Positions 35,655-45,131 of a stretch of 64,000 nt of DNA are shown here, piece after piece. How positions within the stretch are numbered: position 1 is the stretch's first letter; each line of letters begins with the position of its first letter. The position numbers and the translations under genes are program-made. The notes under the pieces were generated by a model. The model saw nothing but the letters and a program-made list of their open reading frames with translations, was not told the DNA's origin and searched no databases. Source of the stretch: Bacillota bacterium (GTDB lineage Bacteria; Bacillota; Sulfobacillia; JAUYEG01); contig JAXGPL010000006.1 of the NCBI GenBank assembly GCA_040766985.1, positions 70,284-134,283 of the forward strand. The letters run 5' to 3'.

Positions 35655-36137
35655 ATGGGTCGCCGCGACGAAATCACAAACCACCTTGTTCACTGGCAGG
35701 ACGTGTTGCGCCTGCGCGATTGGGACATCCGCCTGGAGATCGCCCCTGCGTCCTGGCGTAAGTCAGGCGACATCAAAATCGACCTTGAAGATCGCAAAGC
35801 GGTGATGATCATAAACGAGCGGCCCAGGACAGAGAACCTCGAGGAACTCGTCGTCCACGAACTCCTGCACGTCAAGCTGTATGCCATGGACCAGATGCTC
35901 ACCGAACTGCTCGGCACCGTCTTCGGCGAGGATCCTGACGATCCAAAGCGCGAATTCGCCTATACGCAGTTCATGGTGCTGCTGGAGTCGACCGTGGAAG
36001 ACCTCACCAAAGGCTATCTGGCTGCCGCAGGCACGGGCAACGACCTTTCCTTCGGCCGTATCCGGCGAGAAGTCACCGCGGAAATCGAGTCTGCCCGGAC
36101 AGTCGCCCCAGGCGACGCCGGCGGGTTAAGCAAGTAG
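35655..36137 (+). CDS. Hypothetical protein with an HExxH motif
   Basis: ATG at 35655, 5 nt after GGAGGGAG. ...LEELVVHELLHVKLYAMDQ... I recognise no family. Confidence 0.5.
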   Translation: MGRRDEITNHLVHWQDVLRLRDWDIRLEIAPASWRKSGDIKIDLEDRKAVMIINERPRTENLEELVVHELLHVKLYAMDQMLTELLGTVFGEDPDDPKREFAYTQFMVLLESTVEDLTKGYLAAAGTGNDLSFGRIRREVTAEIESARTVAPGDAGGLSK

Positions 36138-36348
36138 CCCGCACATATCAATCTGGAGGGAGAGTGATGGGCGGGCAGAGAATCTTCCGCGCAGGATAAT
36201 CCGTAGCAGCGTACTTGCCACATCCGTTCCAGCGCCTATCGTCACCCTCCGAAGGGAGGTGCCGCCTGGTAGCAATACCCTGCACTAATCCGTCTCCTTT
36301 TGTCGTCGTGACGAGTCGTTTGTGATGAGCGAACGGAAGGAGGCTACC

Positions 36349-37128
36349 ATGTCCCTCTATGCAGGCAGGCTTTCGCATTTGCTGTTCTTCGCCGCGTTTT
36401 GTGTGGTCACTTACCTCGGCATGAAGCGGTTTCGCGAAACCGGCAAGGTGCCCATCCGCAGGGTCACTGGCCTCGATGCGTTCGAGGAGGCCATCGGCCG
36501 CGCAACCGAACTTGGCCGGCCCGTCCACTACACCCTCGGCCGGGGCCTTTTTGATGCCGAGCACGGCGCGCAGACGTTTGCCGGTTTTTCGATGCTCAAG
36601 CACACCGCCGCGACCGCGGCACGCTACGGCTGCAGACTGATTGTGACAAACCAGAGCCCGCAGGCCCACCCGGTCACAGAGGAGATCGTCCGCACGGCCT
36701 TCATCGAGGCCGGCCACGCGGACGCGTTCAACCCGGACGACATCCGGTACCTGAGCGAAACCCAAAACGCTTATGTGTCCGGCGTGATCGGGGTCATGGA
36801 GCGGGACAGAATCGCTGCCAACATCATGATCGGGTACTTTTACGCCGAGTCGATGATGCTCGCGGAAACCGCCAACAAGGTCGGCTCCATCCAGATCGCC
36901 GGCACCGCCAATACCCACCAGATCCCGTTCTTTGTGGCGGCTTGCGACTACACCCTCATCGGTGAGGAGATCTATGCCGCTTCGGCGTACCTCGAACGCC
37001 AGCCGGCGCAGATCGGCTCGCTGGTGGCCCAGGACTTCGGCAAGTTCCTGGCGGTCCTGTTCATTGTTCTGGGCACGCTTCTGGCTTCCGCAGGGCACTC
37101 GTTCCTGACCGATCTACTGAAGAAATAG
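36349..37128 (+). CDS. Unknown-function membrane operon copy A, subunit 1
   Basis: ATG at 36349, 6 nt after AAGGAGG. N- and C-terminal TM helices flank a soluble-looking core. Shares QIPFFVAACDYTLIGEE and G(L)(D/E)A(F/I)EEA(I/V)GRATE(L/M)G(R/K)PV with ORF 52058..52846. Confidence 0.7.
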   Translation: MSLYAGRLSHLLFFAAFCVVTYLGMKRFRETGKVPIRRVTGLDAFEEAIGRATELGRPVHYTLGRGLFDAEHGAQTFAGFSMLKHTAATAARYGCRLIVTNQSPQAHPVTEEIVRTAFIEAGHADAFNPDDIRYLSETQNAYVSGVIGVMERDRIAANIMIGYFYAESMMLAETANKVGSIQIAGTANTHQIPFFVAACDYTLIGEEIYAASAYLERQPAQIGSLVAQDFGKFLAVLFIVLGTLLASAGHSFLTDLLKK

Positions 37129-37141
37129 GGGGTGACTGGGG

Positions 37142-37777
37142 ATGAAACTTGTCGAGTGCCAATCTTTGTTTCGCTGGTCGTCGGCGTTGTCGTCGTGGCC
37201 GATTTCTTCATCAACCAGTCCGCCCTGGTTGCGACCTCGCGAGTTTATGAATTGGGGCGTGATCATCTCCGCCTTTGCCACGGGCCTCGGCGCTGCCAAC
37301 CTCCTGCGCATCCACGGTACCAGGACGCAGCAGCGCCGCGCCAACTGGCAGTACTCAATCGTGCTGCTGGTGGCGATGATCGGCTACACCGTGTTGGGCA
37401 TCGTCACCCGTAACACGTCTAAGCCGTACCTGTTCATCTTCGACAACATGTACAACCCGCTGGGAGCAACGGTGTTCTCGTTCAACGCGTTCTTCATGAC
37501 CTCTGCGGCGTACCGGGCGTTCCGCATCAAGACCGCCTCCGCGACGGTCCTGCTCATCGCCGCTCTCCTGGTGATGTTGGGCAACGTCGGGATCGGCGCC
37601 GTCATCTCGAAGCAGATACCGGAGATCGCGGGATGGATCTCGCGCGTGCCAACGACAGCCGGTTTCCGTGGGGTCACGATCGGAGCGGCCCTCGGCGCCA
37701 TCGGCCTCAGTCTCAGGATCATCCTCGGTATCGAAAGGTCGCACTTCGGCGGCACCGGCGGGGGTGGTAACGCATGA
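37142..37777 (+). CDS. Unknown-function membrane operon copy A, subunit 2 (compensated double frameshift near the N-terminus)
   Basis: The ORF is intact, but residues ~4-34 (VECQSLFRWSSALSSWPISSS...) are implausible. The other frame over ~37151-37240 reads RVPIFVSLVVGVVVVADFFINQSALVATS, which matches B2 (ELPIFLTGLTGLILIAHYYITIPIPFINR). From NWGVIISAF onward it is colinear with B2. Confidence 0.65.
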   Translation: MKLVECQSLFRWSSALSSWPISSSTSPPWLRPREFMNWGVIISAFATGLGAANLLRIHGTRTQQRRANWQYSIVLLVAMIGYTVLGIVTRNTSKPYLFIFDNMYNPLGATVFSFNAFFMTSAAYRAFRIKTASATVLLIAALLVMLGNVGIGAVISKQIPEIAGWISRVPTTAGFRGVTIGAALGAIGLSLRIILGIERSHFGGTGGGGNA

Positions 37778-38610
37778 ACTTCTGGGTTGGGGTGCAGAAC
37801 GTCGACCGGCGTATCTGGTACCTATTGCTGACCGTCTCGCTGTTCATCCCGTTGATCATGCCGTTGGGACTCCCGCTACAGGTCAGCCAGGAGGCCCAAA
37901 CGGTCTATGACACAATCGAGGCCCTGCCCGAAGGGGCGATCGTGATCGTCTCACCGAGCTATAGCCCCGGTACCGACGCGGAGAACTGGCCGCAGCACGC
38001 GGCGATCATCCAGCACCTGATCGCCAAGAAAGCCAAGGTGGTTCAGGTCTCGTTGGTCCTTGAGTCGGTGATGTATGCCACCCGCGCGCGTGAAGTGTAT
38101 TTCGACACGCTTGGCTACGTATATGGGACCGACCATGTGATCATGCCGTACAAGGCCGGCAGCGACGTCGCGATTGCGTCGATGGGCCGCGACTTCAAGG
38201 CCCTTTACACGGAGGACTACCTCGGGACCGCGGCCGACGATCTGCCGCTGATGAACCAGATCACGAGCATCCACGACATCGCCCTAATCGTCGACTTCAT
38301 GCCCGGCAACACTCTCGTGGACTATATCAAACAGATCGAGGGCACCTACAACATCCCCGTGACCGGGGGCGTGACAGGTGTCTGCATCCCCACGATGATG
38401 CCCTATGTGATGTCAGGCCAGTGTCGCGGCCTGCTGGGCGGGATGCGCGGCGCGGCTGAATACGAACTGCTGATCAAGTCGCCCGGCAAGGCGATCGGTG
38501 GTATGGACGCCCAGTCGCTGTCGCACCTGCTGATCATTTTCGCCATCGCTCTCGGCAACCTGGGCTACATCATCACGCGTGGCCATGGGAGAGGGGGCGC
38601 TGCGAAGTGA
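37774..38610 (+). CDS. Unknown-function membrane operon copy A, subunit 3
   Basis: ATGA overlap with subunit 2. N-terminal and C-terminal TM helices around a ~220-aa domain. Shares RG(A/G)AEYELL.K.PG......MDAQS..HLL with ORF 53510..54346. Confidence 0.7.
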   Translation: MNFWVGVQNVDRRIWYLLLTVSLFIPLIMPLGLPLQVSQEAQTVYDTIEALPEGAIVIVSPSYSPGTDAENWPQHAAIIQHLIAKKAKVVQVSLVLESVMYATRAREVYFDTLGYVYGTDHVIMPYKAGSDVAIASMGRDFKALYTEDYLGTAADDLPLMNQITSIHDIALIVDFMPGNTLVDYIKQIEGTYNIPVTGGVTGVCIPTMMPYVMSGQCRGLLGGMRGAAEYELLIKSPGKAIGGMDAQSLSHLLIIFAIALGNLGYIITRGHGRGGAAK

Positions 38611-39206
38611 GCACCGATCTCGGCGTCTGGATCGCCGCAGGGTGTACGATCTTCATGTACAGCTACCTGATTGGCGACAACCCGCTGTTCAAATTTGCCG
38701 AGCACCTTTACATCGGTATCTCGGCGGCGCACGCCGTCGTGCTCGGTTACCAGAACATTCAGGAGATGGCCTGGAAACCCCTCATCGACGGCAAGTGGAT
38801 CATGGTCATACCACTCGTCCTCGGGCTTTTGCTGTACACCCGGTTCGTCAAGGACTGGTCGAGTCTTTCGCGGATCCCGATTGCCTTCCTGACGGGCCTG
38901 GCTGCGGCGCTGTCCATCCGCGGCGCCCTTGACGCGTCCTTCATCAAGCAGGTGGCCGCGACGATGGTGCCGATCACCAACGTGAACGTTCTTCTGACAA
39001 TGGTCATGGTTGCGACGACGATCACCTACTTCTTCTTCACCGCAGGGTCGCAACTCGCTCCCGTTCAATTCAGCGCCCAGGTGGGCCGATGGGTCATGAT
39101 GGTTGCTTTCGGCTCCGCCTTCGGCAACACCGTCATGGCACGAATGTCGCTGGTCATCGGCAGGCTGCAGTTCCTGTTTGGGACCTGGATCAAGCTCATT
39201 AAGTAG
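38607..39206 (+). CDS. Unknown-function membrane operon copy A, subunit 4
   Basis: GTGA overlap with subunit 3. Polytopic. MSTDLGVWIAAGCTIFMYSYL...FAEHLYIGISAA parallels MSTNPGIWVASILTIFVYSYL...LTEHLYVGVAAG at 54349. Confidence 0.7.
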   Translation: MSTDLGVWIAAGCTIFMYSYLIGDNPLFKFAEHLYIGISAAHAVVLGYQNIQEMAWKPLIDGKWIMVIPLVLGLLLYTRFVKDWSSLSRIPIAFLTGLAAALSIRGALDASFIKQVAATMVPITNVNVLLTMVMVATTITYFFFTAGSQLAPVQFSAQVGRWVMMVAFGSAFGNTVMARMSLVIGRLQFLFGTWIKLIK

Positions 39207-39227
39207 GTAAGAGGGGCTCTGAGTATT

Positions 39228-39257
39228 GAGGCCCGGCGTCCAAGCACGCCGGGCCTC
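39228..39257 (+). terminator. Strong hairpin after operon copy A (no clear U-tract)
   Basis: GAGGCCCGGCG-TCCAAGCA-CGCCGGGCCTC, a perfect 11-bp stem. Confidence 0.4.
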
Positions 39258-39285
39258 AGTCCAGCCCTGGAGTGCGCGAAGCGGG

Positions 39286-39648
39286 GTGGTTCAGGTGTTC
39301 GAGTCGTTCAGCCACGCCTTTGAAGGTATCGTCCACGCGGTCAGGACCGAGACGAACATCCGCATCCAGTTGGCCGCCCTGGCCGCGGTCCTCGGGGCTG
39401 CGGCATGGTGCCGGGTGACACCTGTCGAGCTGGCGCTGCTGCTGCTCTCTTCCGGGTGTGTCATCGCGCTCGAACTGGTGAACACGGCCCTGGAAACCGT
39501 TGTCAACCTCGTCACCGAGGAGTACAGCGAGCGTGCCAAGCTGGCCAAGGACGTCGCCGCCGGGGCGGTGCTCGTGATGGCCGGCGTCTCTGTGCTGGTG
39601 GGCCTGGCCATTGTGCTCCCTCGCGCGGCGAGGGGGTTGGGTTTCTAG
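39286..39648 (+). CDS. dgkA: Diacylglycerol/undecaprenol kinase (DgkA family)
   Basis: GTG at 39286, in frame in ORF 39226..39648. FSHAFEGIVHAVRTETNIRIQL, IALELVNTALETVVNLV, AKDVAAGAVL. Confidence 0.8.
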   Translation: MVQVFESFSHAFEGIVHAVRTETNIRIQLAALAAVLGAAAWCRVTPVELALLLLSSGCVIALELVNTALETVVNLVTEEYSERAKLAKDVAAGAVLVMAGVSVLVGLAIVLPRAARGLGF

Positions 39649-39682
39649 GGCCTTCGTGCCCGGGCAGCTCATCCCAAAAGGC

Positions 39683-40744
39683 CTACAGGTACGGGTCCAG
39701 CGCAGTAAGCAGTTCCTCATAGAACGAGCCAAAGTCGGGGTACCTGTCGCGGGAAGCCTCGTACTCCTCCAGCTTGGCGTAAAGGGCCCGGACATACCGG
39801 AAGCCGCGGGATTGATCTCGCGCAAGACTGTCTTCGGCCGATGCCTCCCCCTTGCTCTGGAGGTAGATCCGGGCGTGGCAGGCCCGCAAAACGTGTTCGT
39901 TGAGGCAGGTCATCCATTCGCCGTACGCCTGCTGTCGCATGGCGCTGGCGATGGGCCGGTAGAGCGCTTCGTACCTGGCGACGGCGGCCGCGTGCTCCAG
40001 GGCGTGGTGGTTGACGAAGGAGTGTCCGCCTTCGTGCAGGACCATTTCTTCCAGGGTGGACAGCTGCGGCAGGGCCTCCGCGGTCACCGCTCCGAAGCAG
40101 TTGATGGCCCACCGGCCCAGGGGGTCCTCGATGCTGCCGCCGAACCCACAGTTGGCGATCATGGCGCTCGGGATGATCACGAGGGCGGAGATGGTTTCAC
40201 CGAGATATTCTTCAAGCTGGCCGAGGGGGTCTGACCCCGCCAGAGACGCCCGGCAGTACCTTTCCACGCTCTCGTAGCCCGCCGCGTTGTCGGCCCACCA
40301 CTCGGCAAATCCCGCCTGCGCCGCGAAGTCTTGCACCCGGACCATGATCTCCCGCAGGACCAGGTCATCGCCGCCGGCCCTGCTACGCAGGTAGAGCCGG
40401 GCACCGCCGGCCGAGGTGGATCCGGACCGGAAGAAGAACCAGCGGCTTGCCAAGCCGGAGACGATAAACACCAGCTCGACCTTTGGCGAGGCCGCGATAA
40501 CGACACGTTCCGTCGAAGGGAGTCCCGGCGTGCTGACTACGCGCGCGAGCTCGCTGAGCAGCCGGTCTTCGTAGTCGTCGAGCGGGCGCGCACGTGTCGG
40601 CACGGGCGCCGGCACATCGACCTCGGGCAGGGGCGGGGAAGGGGCCCTGACACACGCAGCGAGGGACGGGAGCAAGCAAAGCGGGAGGCAAAGGGACATG
40701 CAGAGCGAAAGGCAAAGAGAGAGCAGACGACTGGTGAGTCGCAC
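39683..40744 (-). CDS. Lipoprotein, DUF4932-like putative metallopeptidase (HExxH)
   Basis: GTG start 8 nt after GAGGAGGG. Lipobox-like ...LLPSLAAC. LHEGGHSFVNHH. Confidence 0.6.
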   Translation of the reverse strand: MRLTSRLLSLCLSLCMSLCLPLCLLPSLAACVRAPSPPLPEVDVPAPVPTRARPLDDYEDRLLSELARVVSTPGLPSTERVVIAASPKVELVFIVSGLASRWFFFRSGSTSAGGARLYLRSRAGGDDLVLREIMVRVQDFAAQAGFAEWWADNAAGYESVERYCRASLAGSDPLGQLEEYLGETISALVIIPSAMIANCGFGGSIEDPLGRWAINCFGAVTAEALPQLSTLEEMVLHEGGHSFVNHHALEHAAAVARYEALYRPIASAMRQQAYGEWMTCLNEHVLRACHARIYLQSKGEASAEDSLARDQSRGFRYVRALYAKLEEYEASRDRYPDFGSFYEELLTALDPYL

Positions 40745-40878
40745 GGGACGGACCCTCCTCAGGTAGCTACGCGTGTTGCTGGACCTGGTCGGGCAGAGAT
40801 GTCGGTCGCGTCGTCTTTATTATAGCAGCAATATCTAACTTATCTGTATCAATGTCACGCTTTTCGGAGGCCGGCCAT

Positions 40879-41640
40879 ATGGACGACAGACTGCGCGAGC
40901 GGCTCGCGAGAGTGGACACCCTGCTGTTTGACCTTGACGGTACGCTCCTTGGCAACGACATGGACCTCTTCCTACGGTACTACCTCGACGCTGTATCGCG
41001 GGTGGTGGCGGGGGCAGTGGCGCAGGGGCAGTTCATCCGCCAGCTCATGGCATCTACCCAGGCGATGGTCGAGAATCTCGACACTAAGGTCAGCAACGAG
41101 GAGGCCTTCGCGGCGAGTTTCTATCCGGCGCTCGGCCTGGACCGGTCAGCGGCCGAGCCGCTGTTCGCGGCTTTCTACGAACGCGAGTTTCCGAAGCTGC
41201 GGGTGCACACGCAAGTCAAGCCTGCAGCGCGCAGGCTGCTCGATCTGGCGGCGGCTCGCGGATACGGCCTGGTCCTGGCGACCAATCCGGTGTTCCCGCG
41301 GGCGGCGATTCTGGAAAGGATGCGCTGGGCCGCCGTTGATGACTACCCGTGGCTGCTGATTACCGACTACGAAACGATGCACCACTGCAAACCCTGGCCG
41401 GCCTACTACCGTGAGATCCTGGTCGATATCGGGCGCGCCGCCGCCCAATGCCTGATGGTTGGCAACGACGTCGAGGAAGATTTGGTTGCGGGGCGGCTAG
41501 GAATCATGACGTTTCTCGACCGCAGCCAGCTGATCCACCGGGGGACGGGACCGTCTGGGGCGGACCTGGAGGGCGGCCTGGACGACCTTACCTCCGTGCT
41601 GATGGAGTTGCCCGAGCCGGCGCCGACCGACCGGCAGTAG
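40879..41640 (+). CDS. HAD-superfamily hydrolase
   Basis: ATG at 40879 after GGAGG. TLLFDLDGTLLGND; LVLATNP; MVGNDVEEDL. Confidence 0.75.
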   Translation: MDDRLRERLARVDTLLFDLDGTLLGNDMDLFLRYYLDAVSRVVAGAVAQGQFIRQLMASTQAMVENLDTKVSNEEAFAASFYPALGLDRSAAEPLFAAFYEREFPKLRVHTQVKPAARRLLDLAAARGYGLVLATNPVFPRAAILERMRWAAVDDYPWLLITDYETMHHCKPWPAYYREILVDIGRAAAQCLMVGNDVEEDLVAGRLGIMTFLDRSQLIHRGTGPSGADLEGGLDDLTSVLMELPEPAPTDRQ

Positions 41641-41659
41641 CGGTGGCGGTTAGGACGGC

Positions 41660-43759
41660 CTATCCGCCGGTGTCCGCCTGCCAGTCGCTTCGCACGCCAC
41701 CCCTCAGGTGCGTCGGGCCGAGGTCCCTGTCAAACCAGGCGTCGGTGGGGTCGTGGTGGAATACGCCGTTGGCGACATAGCCGGCGCCCCATGTAGCGTC
41801 AACTGAAACCCAGCGCCCACCGTCCCTGAACTCGTTCCAGGCGTGGTTCTGGTTATCGGCAAAGGTTACGCCCGTGGCGACACGGCACTCAATGCCGAGT
41901 GTCCTGCACATGGCGGCAAACACGTTGGCGTAATCTTCGCAAACCCCTCTGCCGCGGGCGATGATTTCCAGCGACGTAAGCTGCCCTTCCGTGGGATCCG
42001 CCGCACGTACCAGGTCGTAGGTCAGGTGCCGTGCGACCCACCTGTAGATGGCCTTCGCCTTGCCGTAAGCTGTCTTTTCTCCAGCCGTCGCAGTTGCCGC
42101 GAGGTCGTGGACGGCGGCGCTACCCGACTGGATGTAGACCCCGGGGGCCGCCCATTCGTCCGGCGATGGGCTAACGCTGTCCGCCCGAAAGGCCGCATCG
42201 GTCAGCAGGTACCTGGACTCCTCGCCGCTGTCGAGGCACAGCCGTATCTCGTATCGGCCGGGGCCGTGCGTGAGCCAGATGCGGCCGCTGAAGTATCCGT
42301 TTCTGACCGGCAGGTGGTGCAATGCCAACTCATGGCCGTAAGTCAGCTGGACGTGCACGCGTTCTCCCGGGGCGAATCCGGCGATGTCGACGAATCCTTC
42401 CGCCTCCACCAGGTCGGCTCGCGGCCACGTAAAGCCGGCGTCGTATCGCGGATCGTTGACAAGCGCCAGCATGTTCTTGACGCGGAAACCGAGGTCCTCA
42501 TAGTAGTAGTCGCCCTTGCCGGGAACCGGTGTCATGAACTGCAGGTAGTAGTCGCCTCGTCCCGCGGCGAAATAAAAGCGCTGGTCGAAGCTGCCTCCCA
42601 TCACCGCGACCGGCGTCCAGGGCGTGCCGATGTGGTCGCGGATCATCAGTTCAGGCTGGGTGGTCGTGCCCTTGACATGCAGGATTCCGTCGACCTCGCC
42701 GCCGTCCGCCCGCGGGAGGAACAGCCGCACCTTGGCCGATGAGAGAGCGCCGGGTGAGCAATAGCGCGAAGCGTGCGCCGCGTCCAGGTCCAGGATGTCC
42801 TGCCACCAGGCATTGGCTTCGAGAGCCAAGGGCCCCGGCCGGTCGCTGTGATAGCCAAGGTAGCCCTCCGGGCACCAGGGCCTGGTGCCCGATGCCACCA
42901 CAATCGCCGCCTCGTCGGACCCGGGCAACAGGAGGACGTCGACCGTCCGGCCGACCAGCGGTTCGATCGTGCCATCACCGCACACGTAGGGGTCGGCAAG
43001 GGAAAGAAACTGCCCGCCGACCGTCAACCTCCCGTCACCGGCGGTCTGGAGCAACCCGCGCTGGAACCCAAAGCGCTCGTCGAGCAAAGTCCCGCAAGAG
43101 CCGGCTTGGTCGATCGGTACGGTCGGGGCCTGTGCCGAGAGGTGGGCGATGCCGGCGCGGTCCAGTCCGACGTTGCCGTACCCGGTGAGCCGCCCGGAGA
43201 GGCCGATGCGTTCACCCAATTCAAGATACGACTCGGGCCACGCGCGGGCCGGGTCGAGTTCGTCCTCCCGTCCAAGGAGCCGCGACAACATCGCCAGGCC
43301 TTCCGCAAGCAGAACACCCTGGTCGGGGCGGAATGTCCCGTCCTCAAAGCCGCGGATCAGGCCGTGCGCCTTCGCCGCGTTGACGTAGCCCAATGCCCAG
43401 GCCGGAATCCGGTCAGCGTCCGCGAAGGCCGGGCGTGCCTCCGACTCCGCCCCGCCATCCGCCGCGATTCCCTTGAGGCGAAGGACAAGCGCTGCGAATT
43501 CGGCACGCGTCAGGCTGTCCCCGGGCCTGACCTTACCGCCGAGACCCGAGTCGCCCTGTATCAGGCGCAGTGCGCCGAGCAGGTCGAAATCCGCTCCACA
43601 CCGGCCGTCGGTGTCGCTGAATGCGGCGGCGAGGGCGACCGGGGCCGCGGCCCACGCAGGGGCGGGCACATGGCCCACCCCTGCGGCGAGGGTGGTAAGG
43701 GCCATGATGACCGCGATCAGCGCATGGTGGCGATGGTGTCCTAGTGGGTGCAATGGCAT
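41660..43759 (-). CDS. SLH-domain surface protein with a C-terminal transglutaminase-like cysteine protease core
   Basis: Internal ATG at 43759 (MPLHPLGHHRHHALIAVIMALTTLAAG...). SLH-like repeats (FADADRIPAWALGYVNAAKAHGLIRGFEDGTFRPD). RGRGVCEDYANVFAAMCRTLGIECRV...NHAWNEF...VDATWG. Confidence 0.8.
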   Translation of the reverse strand: MPLHPLGHHRHHALIAVIMALTTLAAGVGHVPAPAWAAAPVALAAAFSDTDGRCGADFDLLGALRLIQGDSGLGGKVRPGDSLTRAEFAALVLRLKGIAADGGAESEARPAFADADRIPAWALGYVNAAKAHGLIRGFEDGTFRPDQGVLLAEGLAMLSRLLGREDELDPARAWPESYLELGERIGLSGRLTGYGNVGLDRAGIAHLSAQAPTVPIDQAGSCGTLLDERFGFQRGLLQTAGDGRLTVGGQFLSLADPYVCGDGTIEPLVGRTVDVLLLPGSDEAAIVVASGTRPWCPEGYLGYHSDRPGPLALEANAWWQDILDLDAAHASRYCSPGALSSAKVRLFLPRADGGEVDGILHVKGTTTQPELMIRDHIGTPWTPVAVMGGSFDQRFYFAAGRGDYYLQFMTPVPGKGDYYYEDLGFRVKNMLALVNDPRYDAGFTWPRADLVEAEGFVDIAGFAPGERVHVQLTYGHELALHHLPVRNGYFSGRIWLTHGPGRYEIRLCLDSGEESRYLLTDAAFRADSVSPSPDEWAAPGVYIQSGSAAVHDLAATATAGEKTAYGKAKAIYRWVARHLTYDLVRAADPTEGQLTSLEIIARGRGVCEDYANVFAAMCRTLGIECRVATGVTFADNQNHAWNEFRDGGRWVSVDATWGAGYVANGVFHHDPTDAWFDRDLGPTHLRGGVRSDWQADTGG

Positions 43760-44008
43760 CTCCGTTGTGGGTGATCGCTGGTTTCGTAGGGGATGTGATT
43801 TCACACCTGCCCCGCGGATGCCTGCCGGCAGGACAGCCATGGAAGAAAATGGACCGCGGGCCTATTCACGGAATAGGCGCGGCCTGCGTGACCGTGTGCA
43901 CGACTGTCCGCGCGGCTGAGTGCGTGGCCGTTGCCTCCCACCGAACCAGCTGGAGGCAGTCATGGCAGGCGCCGCCGAAGAAGCACACCAATCCGGGGGG
44001 TGACCGCG

Positions 44009-44992
44009 ATGCTCATACTTACCAAGTCCGACGTTCGGGACGCACTCCGCATGCCTGCGGCAATTGATGCGGCGGCAGGAGCCCTTGCGGCCTTTTCATC
44101 CGGTGACGCGGATGTGCCGCCGCGGATTCACGTCAACGCCGCCAAAGGGGTCAGTCTTTACATGCCCGGCCTGATCCGGAGCAGCGGCGCCCTCGGCGCC
44201 AAGATCGTATCCGTCTTCCCGGGCAACCAGTCGGCCGGTCTTCCGACCATCACGGCGCTGATGGTGCTGCAGGATTCCGCGACCGGCATGCCGCTATCAG
44301 TAATGGAAGCCTCATACCTCACGGCCGTCCGCACCGGTGCGGCAGCCGGGGTCGCCACCAGATACCTCGCCCGGGCGGGTGCAGCCAACGTTCTGCTGAT
44401 CGGCGCCGGCGTGCAGGGCAGGGCCCAGCTTGCGGCAGTACAGGCGGTACGTGGTGTCAGCCGGGCGGTCATCTGCGACCTGGATTCGGCGGCGGCGGGG
44501 CAGCTGGCACAGGAACTCGAAGGCGAGACTGCGAGCCTGCAGACCGCAGCCGACCCGAACCCGTTCGTCCCGGACGCAGACATCATCATCTGCGCCACGA
44601 CTTCGCGCCGCCCGGTGTTCGACGGCAGGTTGGTCCGCCCCGGCACCCATATCAACGCGATCGGGGCGTACACCCCCGAGATGCAGGAACTCGACGAGTT
44701 CATCGTCTCCGGCGCAGACCTGTTCGTCTGCGACTCCCGTGCGGCAGCCTGGAAGGAGGCCGGCGACCTGGTCATCCCCGCCCGCAAAGGCCTGATCGAC
44801 ATGTCCCGCATCGACGCCGAGGTCGGCGACCTCGTCCTCGGAAGGGCACCGGGCAGGCGCGACGACCGCGAGATCACAGTATACAAGGGCGTCGGGCTGG
44901 CTGCCCTTGACCTGGCGGCTGCGCAGGCGGTCTTCGCCGGGGCGGAGGCAGCCGGGATAGGTACCGCAGTGGACGTCATGGCATCGGATTGA
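44009..44992 (+). CDS. Ornithine cyclodeaminase/mu-crystallin family protein
   Basis: Internal ATG at 44009. MLILTKSDVRDAL, YLTAVRTGAAAGVATRYLAR, LLIGAGVQGRAQL, HINAIGAY. Confidence 0.85.
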   Translation: MLILTKSDVRDALRMPAAIDAAAGALAAFSSGDADVPPRIHVNAAKGVSLYMPGLIRSSGALGAKIVSVFPGNQSAGLPTITALMVLQDSATGMPLSVMEASYLTAVRTGAAAGVATRYLARAGAANVLLIGAGVQGRAQLAAVQAVRGVSRAVICDLDSAAAGQLAQELEGETASLQTAADPNPFVPDADIIICATTSRRPVFDGRLVRPGTHINAIGAYTPEMQELDEFIVSGADLFVCDSRAAAWKEAGDLVIPARKGLIDMSRIDAEVGDLVLGRAPGRRDDREITVYKGVGLAALDLAAAQAVFAGAEAAGIGTAVDVMASD

Positions 44993-45131
44993 CGCTGCAG
45001 GATATGTGGACCGGCGGCGAAACCATATGGCAATGCAGCGCCTTGTCGGCTAGCTGCGCCGGGCCCGGTCCGGTCGGTGCGGCATCAGCGTAGCTGTATG
45101 GGAGGTTCAGGCCATCGCGGTTTCGGGTTGG

